From assembly GCA_951406725.2 (NCBI GenBank), contig OX597832.1, positions 55,180,001-55,244,000 on the forward strand: 64,000 nucleotides of DNA. The letters are read 5' to 3'. This document shows positions 43,771 to 55,936 of the stretch, piece after piece. The stretch comes from Octopus vulgaris (Eukaryota). The stretch's first letter is position 1. The number at the start of each line of letters is the position of its first letter. The notes under the pieces were generated by a model, which searched no databases, was not told where the DNA came from, and was given only the letters and a program-made list of their open reading frames with translations. A program made the translations under genes and the position numbers.

Positions 43771-44125
43771 AAAAAAAGAGTATATATATATAATGTGTAT
43801 ACTCTTTATTCTTTGATGTAAATTCCTCAACTTAGTTTAGCTTAAAAGAGATCGTATAACAATAGTATAAATCCTATAATAGTATAAATTCATTATAAGC
43901 GCACACCACATGTTCAAAATGCTTCTTTTTTTTTGTGTGTGTGTATTTATATTTTTTAATATTTTCGCAGAATTCGATGTAAAACGTCGGACAAATCGAT
44001 GTAAAATTCGAAAAAGACAAAACTAGAAGCGACGTCGGTTGAGATATGCCTAAATTTTGTACAGAAATTCTTCTATATTAATAAGATGACCGCTATTCCT
44101 AATACTGTTTTTCCATTACTTTCAG

Positions 44126-44237
44126 AATTCACTCTGCCAGAAGAAAAACGAGCAAGCTATGAAGAAGAATTGACTGATATCTGTTCGATATTTGTTATTC
44201 ATCTTAAAATGGCCGACAACGACTAGTTGATCAAACT
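44126..44237 (+). other. Candidate 112-bp exon (UTR, non-coding or stop-containing)
   Basis: Acceptor tttttccattactttcag| and donor |gtaagt; purine-rich gaagaa motifs; the longest frame ends in TAG inside the exon. Confidence 0.3.
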
Positions 44238-44300
44238 GTAAGTAAGCGCATGTTAACCAAGGAACTTGTAAAACTTGCACATCCACTCACGCACACACAC

Positions 44301-44348
<48 letters not shown>

Positions 44349-44389
44349 ATATATATATATTTCTTTTCCCTTTTTCGACTTTTCTCTTT

Positions 44390-44490
44390 CTCCTTTCCGA
44401 CGAAGAGTTGTGCTCGAAACGTCGAACTCCTTTCACCGAGCGTCAAGCTAATACGTTACTTATCCACATCCGTTTTTATTCGTTTATTTG
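44390..44490 (+). mobile_element. Short repeat with a minimal hammerhead-like motif; probable PLE terminal-repeat fragment
   Basis: ccgacgaa-GAG-ttgtg-CTC-GAAACGTC followed by gagcgtcaagctaatac...ccacatcc. The downstream part recurs on the minus strand at ~13296-13352 and ~22705-22780, always inside (TA)n tracts. Confidence 0.5.
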
Positions 44491-44499
44491 AATTGACTA

Positions 44500-44534
<35 letters not shown>

Positions 44535-44943
44535 CATCGCTGCTTTCTTCCAAGGAATCTAATGCTCTTAGATTAGTTTTTCCTTGGGGCTGGCCAGATT
44601 GGAGCAATCTCAAGTATAATCAACCGAAATTGCGAAGATAATCTGGTACTTGACTGAGGAAAGAAAATTTCGAATGACCCGTCCTTGTTTTCTTTGTATC
44701 GTCTATCTGGATGTTTTGTTGTCCCATTTTTGTATCACCTAACTATCCGGATGTTTTGCGTTCTTGTCCTATTTTGTATTATAAATATAATAGGTGATCC
44801 CAACTATGTAATTGATAGTACCTTTCAAGTAACACTTAACAATAATGTTGATTACAATATTGTTAATTATCCTGGTTTAATACTTTATTCTGAAAGTGGG
44901 ATTAGTACTAATTCGTTTAACTATGAGCACTACATACGAGTGA

Positions 44944-45387
44944 CTAAAACGCCTTTGTAATTACAAAAAAAACGAAAATATTTGTCCTTTAGAAAATCAG
45001 TGTTTAAGGAAGAATTCAGTATATGAATATAAGGTAATTGCAGACGGTCGCGCCCGTTTTTTCATAGGTTCTCTTGCTACAACTTTAAAATATAGATTAC
45101 ATCACCATTCCCCTTCGCTTAAGTTTCAAAGAAAACGTAATTCTACGGATCTTCGTAAATGCATTTCGGATTTGAAAAGACAGGAACATTTTAACTACGG
45201 TATAAAGTGGACAATTATTAGTTACGCTCCATCGTACAATACTGGTAATTTTAAATGTACTGATTGCCCAGAGGAAATGTATTATATAATTACTTCAAAA
45301 TTAGAATGATTGAATTGTCGAAACAATCATACCTTAAAATTTTCTCATAAATATAGAAAAACATTTCAATATTTCAATAGTTTATGA
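44944..45387 (+). pseudogene. Decayed GIY-YIG endonuclease C-terminus of a Penelope-like element (Naiad-like)
   Basis: Manual translation of frame +1: LKRLCNYKKNENICPLENQCLRKNSVYEYKVIADGRARFFIGSLATTLKYRLHHHSPSLKFQRKRNSTDLRKCISDLKRQEHFNYGIKWTIISYAPSYNTGNFKCTDCPEEMYYIITSKLE*LNCRNNHTLKFSHKYRKTFQYFNSL*. It fits the pattern CNC-x-CPLxxxCL, VY...(Y)IG, KxR...H, NSTxL, YxIKWxII, CxxCxEE, LNxR. No ATG start, one internal TGA at 45307. Confidence 0.88.
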
Positions 45388-45929
45388 CGCCATTATCGTA
45401 ATTGCTTTTCCTATAATCTAATAAGCATAATTTTTCTAAGATTTTAGCATATATTAATGCCCAGATAACTAAACGTCGTGGCGTAGAATTTCCATGTTCA
45501 TTTTTTTTATTCTTTCGTTATCTACTGGCGACATCAGAAGTATAGATACTAAACTAGTTTTTCAGAGAACATTATATCCCTTCTTAAGTTCTTTTTATTT
45601 GCATTCTTCCATTAGAGATATTATCTCCGTTCACATTAATTTAGCCCGTTTTGGGTTACCTTGATAACGTTGTGCTTGCATAAATTTACGGATATATTGA
45701 TTTGTCCCGTTTTTTCTTTTCTATATCTAAGTAAAGCTAGTACGAAAAAAACGATCGTCGGTTATATATAGTGCAATCATCAATCAAAGATGTGGTTTTT
45801 TCTCCATTCTAGTTCCTCTTGTCAATTACTCTGGATTTCTTGGAATTCTTCTAAGCGGTATTTCTATCTACTTGTCATACAAAATTAGGAACTATATTTG
45901 AATTTCTTGGGTGTCTGATTGTTTCATAT

Positions 45930-46331
45930 TTCTTTATTGCCCACAAGGGGCTAAACATAGAGGGGACATACAAAGGGATTAAAGTCGATTACATCTACCC
46001 CAGTGCGTAACTGGTACTTAATTTGTCGACCCCGAAAGGATGAAAGGCAATTTCAATTGGCGGAATTTGAACTCAGAATGTAGCGGCAGACGAAATACCT
46101 ATTTCTTTACTACCCAAAAGGGGCTAAACACAGAAGAGACATACAAGGACAGACAGACGGATTAAGTCGATTATATCGACCCCAGTGCGTAACTGGTACT
46201 TAATTTATCGACCCCGAAAGGATGAAAGGCAAAGTCGACCTCGGCGAAATTTGAACTCAGAACGTGGCGGCAGACGAAATAGCCCTTAGCATATTTCGCC
46301 CGGCATGCTAACGTTTCTGACAACTCGCCAC
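45930..46331 (-). mobile_element. Dimeric (1.6-mer) family B SINE within one 15-bp TSD
   Basis: ctgattgtttcatat at 45915-45929 and 46332-46346; the internal second unit lacks the head. Confidence 0.92.
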
Positions 46332-46676
46332 CTGATTGTTTCATATACTCAACCAAGTTCGCTAACACTAAGCCGTTTCAAGATCGCTGCCTGGATTTAC
46401 TGTTGTTACCGCTAGGTCTAATTCATCGTAAAGCAACTACCATTATGAATGGTGTCCAGGCTACAATGGAGAAGACAAGCCATTGGACTTGGTTAAAAAT
46501 GAAACGATGAGCAGTGGCTAGAAGAATATTGAGTGAAACCTAGTAACCAGTTGATCTAACAAGCGGGGCCTCGTCTGAGAAAACGGGGAGATCGGTGCGT
46601 AATAATACCCACGGCGGGCTTAGCATCCGGTAAGCGGAGCTTTCAACTTGTAGCACTAGCATCTGCATGTTATTTG

Positions 46677-46725
<49 letters not shown>

Positions 46726-46992
46726 ATTTATCTACTTTTATATATATATATATATTTATTTATTTAATAAATGCGCCTTTTTTAAAGCCTAGCCAGGGTC
46801 ATGGGCCCGGTTTCTATGGCGTATGTATTCCCCAGCTGGGCGGGACGCCAGTCCATCACAGCGTTGCTCATTTTGGGAGCAACGTGAAATGAAGTGTTTT
46901 ACTCAAGAACACAACGCGTCGCCTGGTCCAGGAATCGAAACCACAATCTTACGATCATGGTGCTGACACACTAACCACTAAGCCACGGTCCT

Positions 46993-47041
<49 letters not shown>

Positions 47042-47095
47042 CACTTATATACACACACACACACATATTTATGCATATTGTAAATATATATATAT

Positions 47096-47186
<91 letters not shown>

Positions 47187-47518
47187 TGAGTGTATTTTTA
47201 CCTTGTTATCAATTAACACGGAAAAAATAAATAAATAGTTACCAGGGTAGCAAAAATCTCACACGTAAAGATGTTGTAACACCTTGTTTATAAAGGTAGA
47301 AACTTCGTGTTTACGTGGAATATTTTGAATAATATATGAATAAATAAATGGAGATTAACGCAGGTGTAAATCAAATATTTTTACTTTCGACGTGTTTCGA
47401 ACTCCATAAAATAATAGGTTATCTGCCTTCATTCGCTTTGTATCGGTGCGTATGTTATGTTTGTTATCAATAATTCTTTTACGACTAGAAATCTTATCTA
47501 CAGCTTTTTAAACTCCAT

Positions 47519-47947
<429 letters not shown>

Positions 47948-48454
47948 ACGTACGTACGCGCAAATACCTATACATTAAAAAGATACGTAAATATCGGTGG
48001 TCGCTTAGGTGAAGATAGAATTCACAACCGTTGGTTAACGTCCTTTTTCGCTATTACAGTTTACACTATCGGTCATTCACCGGCTGTCACTCTCATTCTC
48101 GCTCGCTCACTCACTCTTACGTTCTCCCCGTCACTCTCACTCATTTACAAGCTCGCTCAAATTGAGTTTACACTTCCACAAATACAGACACACGAATATG
48201 AAACATATACAATCTCTGTACATGCATATTTCATATACATATACATATATATATATTTATATATGCATAAACAATTCAATATTGAAAATGGCGTCTGCCT
48301 GCTCAGCAACATATCTGCTGTTTCGTAATGTTGTTTTCCTTCTTCAATTGTTATCTATGAAAGCACTACCTCCCCTCTCCCATTTCTCCCTCTCTCTCTC
48401 TCTGTCTCTCCTTTGCTCGCGCGCATACATATTACACGCAAACAAACGCCCTTT

Positions 48455-48486
<32 letters not shown>

Positions 48487-48690
48487 TTCTATCTATCCGT
48501 CTTTCTATCTATTTCACACACTGACAAACAGACTGACGAACTCGCAATCATTTACGCTTTTAATCTAATTTTGCTTGTTTGTTTTCTTTGAAGCTTACCC
48601 CTCGTCGTCGTTGCCATATAATGGAGCTGTTGTGATTGCCAAGAGAGAGAGCGAGAGAGAGAGAGAGAGAGAGAGAATAAGCGATCGTTG

Positions 48691-48771
48691 ATGGCTGCTC
48701 CATCGTCTGCTAGGGATGACAAAAGCGACGGACTTGTTAGGTTTAAACCTTCAGCAGAGCTTAGGCGTTCA
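48691..48771 (+). CDS. Candidate first coding exon of an unidentified gene (MAAPSSARDDKSDGLVRFKPSAELRRS)
   Basis: ATGG start and 27 open codons in unique sequence, ending in phase 0 at donor CA|GTGAGT. A second donor AA|GTAAGT lies at 48811. No homology recognised. Confidence 0.3.
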
Positions 48772-48845
48772 GTGAGTTAAAACTGTCTGCACGGAAACGA
48801 AGAATTCAAAGTAAGTGCGTTTCTCGCCGTCGTCGTCTTCGTCAC

Positions 48846-48881
<36 letters not shown>

Positions 48882-49224
48882 ATTCGTCGTCGGCGTTGTT
48901 GTCTTCTTCGTCTTCGTCGTCATTTCTCACGTTTATGTTTATATGTATAAGGTATACATACGTACATACATACATACATACATTTATGGCTGCCCCCTCG
49001 TTATCGAGTATGGCCATTGCACGAAGCTTAACTGTTACTGGTGCTGTGATCGAATGTGACAATGTCTTGTACAAAATTGCCAACTAAACATACATACATA
49101 CATACATACATACATACATACATACGTACGTACGTACATACATACGTACAATATATATATATATATACACACACGCGTGCCTGTAATATATATGTATGTA
49201 TACTCTTTACTCTTTCTCTTTTGC

Positions 49225-49597
49225 TCTTTTATTTGTTTCAGTCATTTGACTGTGACCATGCTGGAGCACCAATTCGACCCCCAGGACTTATTCTTTGTAA
49301 GCCTTGTACTTATCCTATCGATCTCTTTTTGCCGAACCGCTGGTGTTATTACGGGGACGTAAACACACCAGCATCGATTGTCAAGCGATGTTGGGGGGAG
49401 GGAGGGACAAACACACACACACACACACACATGTAGACATATATACGTCGGGCTTCTTTCAGTTTCCGCCCACCAAATCCTTCACAAGCCTTTGGTCGGC
49501 CTGAGGCTATAGTAGAAGACACCACTTGCCCTAGTTGCCACGCTGTGGGACTGAACCTGCAACCTTGTGTTTGGAACGCAAACTTCTTACCACACAG
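49225..49597 (-). mobile_element. SINE family A
   Basis: Reverse match to family A. Confidence 0.88.
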
Positions 49598-49915
49598 CTC
49601 GACTGAGATCTTATTCAACTCATCGAGGATTCAGTTGGATTCAATTTAGTCCACCACAAAATTCTCGCGGCTTATTCAATATGTCGGCAACTTTAATATA
49701 AGATATTTACTTAATCTGATATTTTCTTTCCTCACTAATCTATTTATATTTAATTAACGTGTAATGTGTGTGTGTCTTTGTTTCTTTATCTTCTTCAGTT
49801 GATATGCATGAATGAATTGGGTTCTTTAAGTTGCGTTTTGCATCGTTGCGTCCCAGCTCACTTCCGTATATGAGCATGCATGCATCATGTGTTTATATAT
49901 ATATATATATATTAT

Positions 49916-50305
49916 GCAGGAGTGGCTGTGTGGTAAGTAGCTTGCTTACCAACCACATTGTTCCCGGGTTCAGTCCCACTACGTGGTGCCTTGGGCAAGT
50001 GTCTTCTACCATAGCCTCGGGCCGACCGAAGCCTTGTGAGTGTATTTGGTAGACGGAAACTGAAAGAGGCCCGTCGTAAATATACTTGTGTGTCTGTGTT
50101 TGTGTGTCTGTATGTCCCCCACCATTGCTTGACAACCGATGTTGGTGTGTTTACACCCTCGTAAGTTAGCGGTTCAGCTAAAGAAATCCGATAGAATAAG
50201 TACTAGGCTTACAAAGACCAATTCCTTCCTTGGGGTTGATTTGTTCGACTAAAAGGCGTTGCTCCAGCATGGCCGCAGTCAAATGACTGAAACAACTGAA
50301 AGAAT
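49916..50305 (+). mobile_element. SINE family A, full length
   Basis: gcaggagtggctgtgtgg...gactgaaacaa. Confidence 0.9.
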
Positions 50306-50334
50306 ATATATACATACACCTATACATTGATTAC

Positions 50335-50387
<53 letters not shown>

Positions 50388-50389
<2 letters not shown>

Positions 50390-50619
50390 CATTATTAAAT
50401 CTCAGAGCGAGATGTAAACAGAAACCGCTCGACAATGTAAAGTATAAAAGCCATCTCAATATGGCTAACCACAAAGTGGGGGTGTTACTGTAGCTTTTTA
50501 GCCCCAGGAGATCAACATCTCCAGCTGGCTTTAGACACTTTCTGTGCCCTTCAGGTATTTGCAAAGGGAGGCCATCCCTTCCTCGTAAGCGTGAGTGATA
50601 CGCACTCAGATTATTGTCT

Positions 50620-50621
<2 letters not shown>
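50388..50621. mobile_element. Hairpin-rich ~235-bp insert within a (TA)n tract, unclassified
   Basis: Pure (TA)n on both sides; six short perfect stems. Confidence 0.5.
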
Positions 50622-50669
<48 letters not shown>

Positions 50670-50854
50670 AATATAATCATGTTTATAATTATAATCATGT
50701 TTATAATATAATCATGTTTATAATTATAGAATATTTGTATAATTTTCCCTATAAAGGTTATTTTAACGTACCGATCTACTTGGTACAATTATTAATTAAT
50801 TGATTGATTGCTTAATTAATTTGTTTAATTAATTTTGCCCTTTTATTATTAATG

Positions 50855-50892
<38 letters not shown>

Positions 50893-50957
50893 TACAAATA
50901 TATTTATATGTATATATACACGCACATTGCGTACTAAATATATTGACATACATTGCG

Positions 50958-50993
<36 letters not shown>

Positions 50994-51047
50994 TACGTAA
51001 TGTTTGTTTTAAGTACAACGGTTTGTTTATACACGAAACATCTTAAC

Positions 51048-51126
<79 letters not shown>

Positions 51127-51560
51127 TCATCTCTCTCTCCACGCAAACGCACACATTTCTCTGCATGCGTGCAGATCATGTAGGGCATTTCGACTGAATT
51201 ATTTTCTCGTAACTCGAGTTGAGTTTCACGCTTCACCGATCGTCAGACGTCTGACTGTCACCCTGGCGTGAAGCTTGAAACGCAGGACCGGAATTTAAAT
51301 TAAATATATTATATACCCTGTTTGATGTATTGAGTACTCATGTTTTTCATTCGTTGACAAAAATTCACAGCAGTTGAACATACTGTGTATGTATGAGTGA
51401 CTGTGTAGTAAGTAGCTTGCTTTCCAACCACATGGTTCCGGGTTCAATCCCACTGCGTGGCACTTTGGGCAAATTTCATCGCTCTGCGCACACCTTGGGC
51501 AGGCCCGGATGACGGCAATTCCGTGCCTGTAAAGTTTCTCTCGAACAGGTAGAGCCCCTA

Positions 51561-51790
51561 GTCAAATCAAATGGTGATATTTTCAAATCATTTAACATGT
51601 GCGTTTCGGGTTTGCGCAATTTATAATAGAAAATGCATCGATTATATGAAATATTTCCATCAACTGGTTCATATTTTTAAATATTTTAACTGAGGAAGAT
51701 AATACATAATGAATCCATTTCGTATTATATATTGCGCTCATCTGAAACGTATGTATTAAATAGTTTCAGATTGTCATCATTTACTTTGAT
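51561..51790. repeat. Diverged inverted duplication (~105-bp arms) containing the hammerhead motif
   Basis: The reverse complement of 51561-51665 aligns with 51688-51790 (e.g. tattataaattgcgcaaacccgaaacgcacatgttaaat vs tattatatattgcgctcatctgaaacgtatgtattaaat). Confidence 0.8.
51685..51760 (+). ncRNA. Type I hammerhead ribozyme candidate (PLE-type)
   Basis: Stem I tttaa/ttaaa; core CTGAGGA (51690-51696); stem II AGAT/ATCT with a long loop; GAAA (51744-51747); short near-palindromic stem III ACGTATGT; GTA cleavage triplet, predicted cut after 51755. Confidence 0.7.
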
Positions 51791-51813
51791 TTCATTATTA
51801 CAACTTATATATA

Positions 51814-52030
51814 AGGCGGAGAGCTGACAGAGTCTTTAGCCCTCCTGCCACGATGCTTTGTGGCATTTCGTCCGTTTTTATCTTCAGAGTTGAAGTCCCT
51901 GCAGGATTGGCTTTGCCTTTCATCCTTTCAGGGTCTATAAAATATGTACCAATTGAGCATTGGAGTCGATATAATCGACTGGACCACGCCTCTTAAAATG
52001 TCAGGACTTGTGCTTATAATAGAAATGATT
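51814..52030 (+). mobile_element. SINE family B, diverged (other B copies: 55198-55405 +, 59224-59287 + head, 62391-62594 -)
   Basis: ggcggagagctgacaga...ctttgcctttcatcctttc...gtcgatataatcgac. Confidence 0.82.
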
Positions 52031-52196
52031 ATTACGACTCCAGCCGAAATTGCGAGGATAATCCGGTTCTTGACTGAAGATTAGAGGCTTCGAATGACCC
52101 GTCCGTTTTTTTGTGTCGTCTAATTGAATGTTTTGCGTTCTTGTCCCATTTTGTATTTTTTTTATATATTTTTTATACATATATGTATACACACAC

Positions 52197-52252
<56 letters not shown>

Positions 52253-52663
52253 CTACATCGGTTGCTTACTCTGTAGGTCCACTCTATCTCTAACTCTCTA
52301 CAAATTTTGTATTTTAAAATTTTCTGGATGCTGCTGTTTTAAGACGGTTTCCTACTTTGACAATAAAAGCTCGAAATAGGGAGTAACTAACAGTCGGCAA
52401 CTGAGGAAGGGTTAAACTTATGGTATTTTGCCTCGTACTTGTCTCTCGTTATGCGTTTACCTATTTTTCACTCGATGGTGATGTCCTGTTCTTGATATAT
52501 ATATATATATTCTTTCAAATAACTGTGTCGCCAAAAATTAGAAATCGCACTATACTTAGCTCAAGGTATAATACTATTGCGTAGCAATGTTACTTTAGTT
52601 CGAATCAACCAATATCTTGTTACACAGAAACTACGCTCTATCTTGTGGTATTTACGCGCGGGG

Positions 52664-52711
<48 letters not shown>

Positions 52712-52995
52712 TTGTTCTGAAGAGAGAGAAAAAAAAACTGGTTTTTCTATATTTCGTATTACTTTCTGCGTCTTAATTTTGGACTACGGCAAAAAGGAGA
52801 ACTCGATAAAATATATAACTGCGTCGTGCGATATGGCCGACTAAATCCTTGGAGGCGGTGCCCCAACATAGCCGCAGTCCAATGAATAGAATTAATAAAA
52901 AGCATTATGATATGCACATGTGTGTGTGTGTGCGCGCGCCTGTGTGCGTAAAATATCTAGGTTTAGGTACGGTGTGTGATGAAACAGTGTAAAAG

Positions 52996-53320
52996 CAGAT
53001 ATCTGAAACTGCAGTCTCTATGGGCCGCATTGCTCACATGCATGTTGCCATCGGAGCCGCATTGCCCACATGTATGTTGCCATTGGGGGCCGCATATTTC
53101 TAAACACGTGTTTACAATAAAGATATTTTAAAACTTTTTATTTGCTTATCAATTATCTTAATTTTATTAATTAGGTTAATATTTTTTATTATAGTTTTTT
53201 ATTTTGTTTTTTTTTTACTGAGACGGGCTGGAGTTCCTGGTTTTTAAACTTTTAGCTAAGCCAATCGCGGGCCTCACTTGTATATATGAAAAAAGGGCCG
53301 CGGTGTTTTGAACATCCCTG
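52996..53320. mobile_element. hAT-like MITE
   Basis: CAG...CTG termini (right end ttttgaacatccctg), several GGCCGC subterminal motifs, an internal ~33-bp tandem repeat, and GTGTAAAAG on both flanks (52987-52995, 53321-53329). Confidence 0.65.
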
Positions 53321-53496
53321 GTGTAAAAGAAAAGGAAAGCAATGAACTCTAAATATGTCGAATAGAAAAAGAAAAAAAAATCAACAACAACAAAGAAGAA
53401 AGAAAAAAAAATGTAGAAGGAAATTCGGTTACAACCCGTAATTATAAAAAAAACTTCGCGATGGTTTTGATGCAAGCGGATAAAGAAGGGGAAGGG

Positions 53497-53535
<39 letters not shown>

Positions 53536-53980
53536 TAGCATCCTATATGGTGGAATGTGAAATTCACGAATACGTATCTCACCCGATACTTCTCAGCAGC
53601 AGTTACAAGCAACAGCACGTAGTCTGACACACCGCACCACACAACACACACCTCCCCCTCCTTTTCCTCCTCCTCTTCTCCTTCCTCCCTCCCTTCCCCT
53701 CTCCCTTCCTCCTACACTTTGGCAATGTTTATAAGTTTGTTATTTTTCTTCTTTTTTCTTCCCTAATGTTGCTTGTTTTGTTGTTATATCGTGCTAATTA
53801 AAAAAAAAAAAAAAAAAAAACGCCGTAGAAATAATATTAAGTTCGTCTGAACTAAACAAGGACAGACAAGTTCTCTTAGTCCCCTTATTACTATAGTTTT
53901 TAGTATCACTTATTATAGTTACTTATTATTATTTACTTCTTCTTCTTCTTCTTATTATTATTATTATTATTTTATAATAA

Positions 53981-54011
<31 letters not shown>

Positions 54012-54058
54012 TATTATTATTGTTATTATTTTATTATTATTATTATTATTATTATTGT

Positions 54059-54270
54059 AGAGGCGCAATGGCCTAGTGGTTAGGGCAGCGGACTCGCGGT
54101 CGCAGGATCGCGGTTTCGTTTCTCAGACCGGGCGTTGTGTGTGTTTATTGAGCGAAAACACCTAAAAGCTCTACGAGGCTCCGGCAGGGGGTGGTGATCC
54201 CTGCTGTACTCTTTCACCACAATGGCGGTGCCCCAGCATGGCCACAGCTCAAGAGCTGAAACTGGAAAAA
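54059..54270 (+). mobile_element. Chimeric SINE: family C head with a family A-type 3' end
   Basis: C sequence up to ttcaccacaa, then ggcggtgccccagcatggccacag...ctgaaac. Confidence 0.8.
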
Positions 54271-54322
54271 CAAAAACAAACAAAAACAATTATTAATATT
54301 ATTATTATCATTATTATCACTA

Positions 54323-54378
<56 letters not shown>

Positions 54379-54413
54379 TCACTATTTTATTATTATTATC
54401 ATTATTATTATTA

Positions 54414-54458
<45 letters not shown>

Positions 54459-54652
54459 GCATCTTCTCATGCGGCCTTTTTTTTAAAATATTTTTCTTGT
54501 TTTCTCTTCTGCATTTTTTTTTTTTTTTTTTTTTACAAACACACCCTCCTTCATACTTTTTTTGTCTTTATCCGTCTGTTTCCTGCCTTTCCGCTCTCTC
54601 TTTCTCCCCCTCTCTCTCTCTCTCTCCACTTTCTCTGTCTCTCTCTTTCTCT

Positions 54653-54683
<31 letters not shown>

Positions 54684-54730
54684 CACTTTCTCTGTCTCTA
54701 TCTCGCTCACACACACACACACACATACAG

Positions 54731-54783
<53 letters not shown>

Positions 54784-55428
54784 GATACACACACACACAT
54801 CTGTCGCTCAGTCTCCAAAGATTCTAGGTCAGCGCTGTTGAATAATACCGATACATTTTTCCCTACGTCATAAGTTAGCATTCCATTTATACGCCACCAC
54901 GACCACCACCACTACTACTACCACTACTACTCCCTCCCTCCCTCTCTCTTTAACATTACTATGTCGATTTCTTGCTACGCGTTACACAATACCTCCTTTA
55001 ATTTTCAGCGCTCTCCCTCCTCACCCTTCTCCCCTTCCTCCCTCCCCGCCTATTTCTCCGTTCATTTCCTTTTGGAACGAACTTAATTTTAGAAACATTT
55101 TTCTCTCTCTCGTATCGATCGATCTTTCTTCCTCGAGTCTGTTAAAAGACTTCGGTGTAGTAAACTTCGTATGATTATTATTATTATTATCATTAAAGGC
55201 GACGAGCTGACAGAATCGTTAGCTTTAAAGGCATTTCGCCTGCCGCTAACGTCCTGAGTTCAAATTCCGCCAAGGTCGGCCATTGCCTTTTATCCTTTCC
55301 GGAGTCGATAAATTAAATACCAGTTGCGTACTCGATCAATGTAATCGATTGCCCCCCCCCCCCACCCTAAAATTTAAGGCCTTATGCCTATAGTATAAAG
55401 GATTATTATTATTATTATCATTATTATT

Positions 55429-55936
55429 GAGTGAGAGAGCAGTGCATGCCATCAAAGTGATACTGGGGTAAAATATAGGAAGCCCAATATACCCATCATG
55501 ACTACCCGTCTGATAAGGGTACACCAGGCACATGCATCACAACTATATGTGCGCGACATGGTGATCTCATATCAAGATAAACAGTACATGACCTTGCAGG
55601 TGGAGCCCAGTTAGAATTTTCTTCAGATCGAGTAACCCATCCCGCTCAAAAGGTCCCTGAATAAGGGTTGTTTAAGGACGTTGAACGAAACACCCATGTT
55701 TCCAGAGGTGAATTATTCAAACCCCAAAGAATCCCTCTCAACACATGGCTATGATGCTCCCACACTACTTCTGCTATTGATCAGAGATGCACATATCGTC
55801 AGCCATTAAGGGACATGCTCAACTGGTTAAGGTCAAACAACTGACAAGCAAATCTGTGGTATTGAGCAGAATATTTGCTGTAGCCCATCTTTTATACCAA
55901 GACAAAACAATGTATATGATAACACTTCCAATCAGT
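55429..55936 (-). mobile_element. Non-coding repeat family D embedded in (ATT)n tracts (second copy 59288-59541)
   Basis: ~200 bp shared almost identically between the two loci; outer ends abut ATT repeats. The strand is inferred from the (AAT)n tail. Confidence 0.65.

Noticed and set aside
45307-45309. Selenocysteine codon in the Naiad-like frame
   Set aside because: Some Naiads are reported to encode selenoproteins, but this TGA is not at a conserved Cys position, the frame is otherwise decayed, and I see no SECIS.
45420-45914. Possible further PLE/LINE coding remnant
   Set aside because: Partial manual translation gave frequent stops and no recognisable reverse-transcriptase motifs.
47385-47410. 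Minus-strand CGAAACACGTC (hammerhead 3' half)
   Set aside because: No matching CUGANGA or stem II nearby; at most a fragment.
48769-49083. Asp/Glu-rich ORF
   Set aside because: Produced by (CAT)n/(CGT)n and (TACA)n microsatellites.
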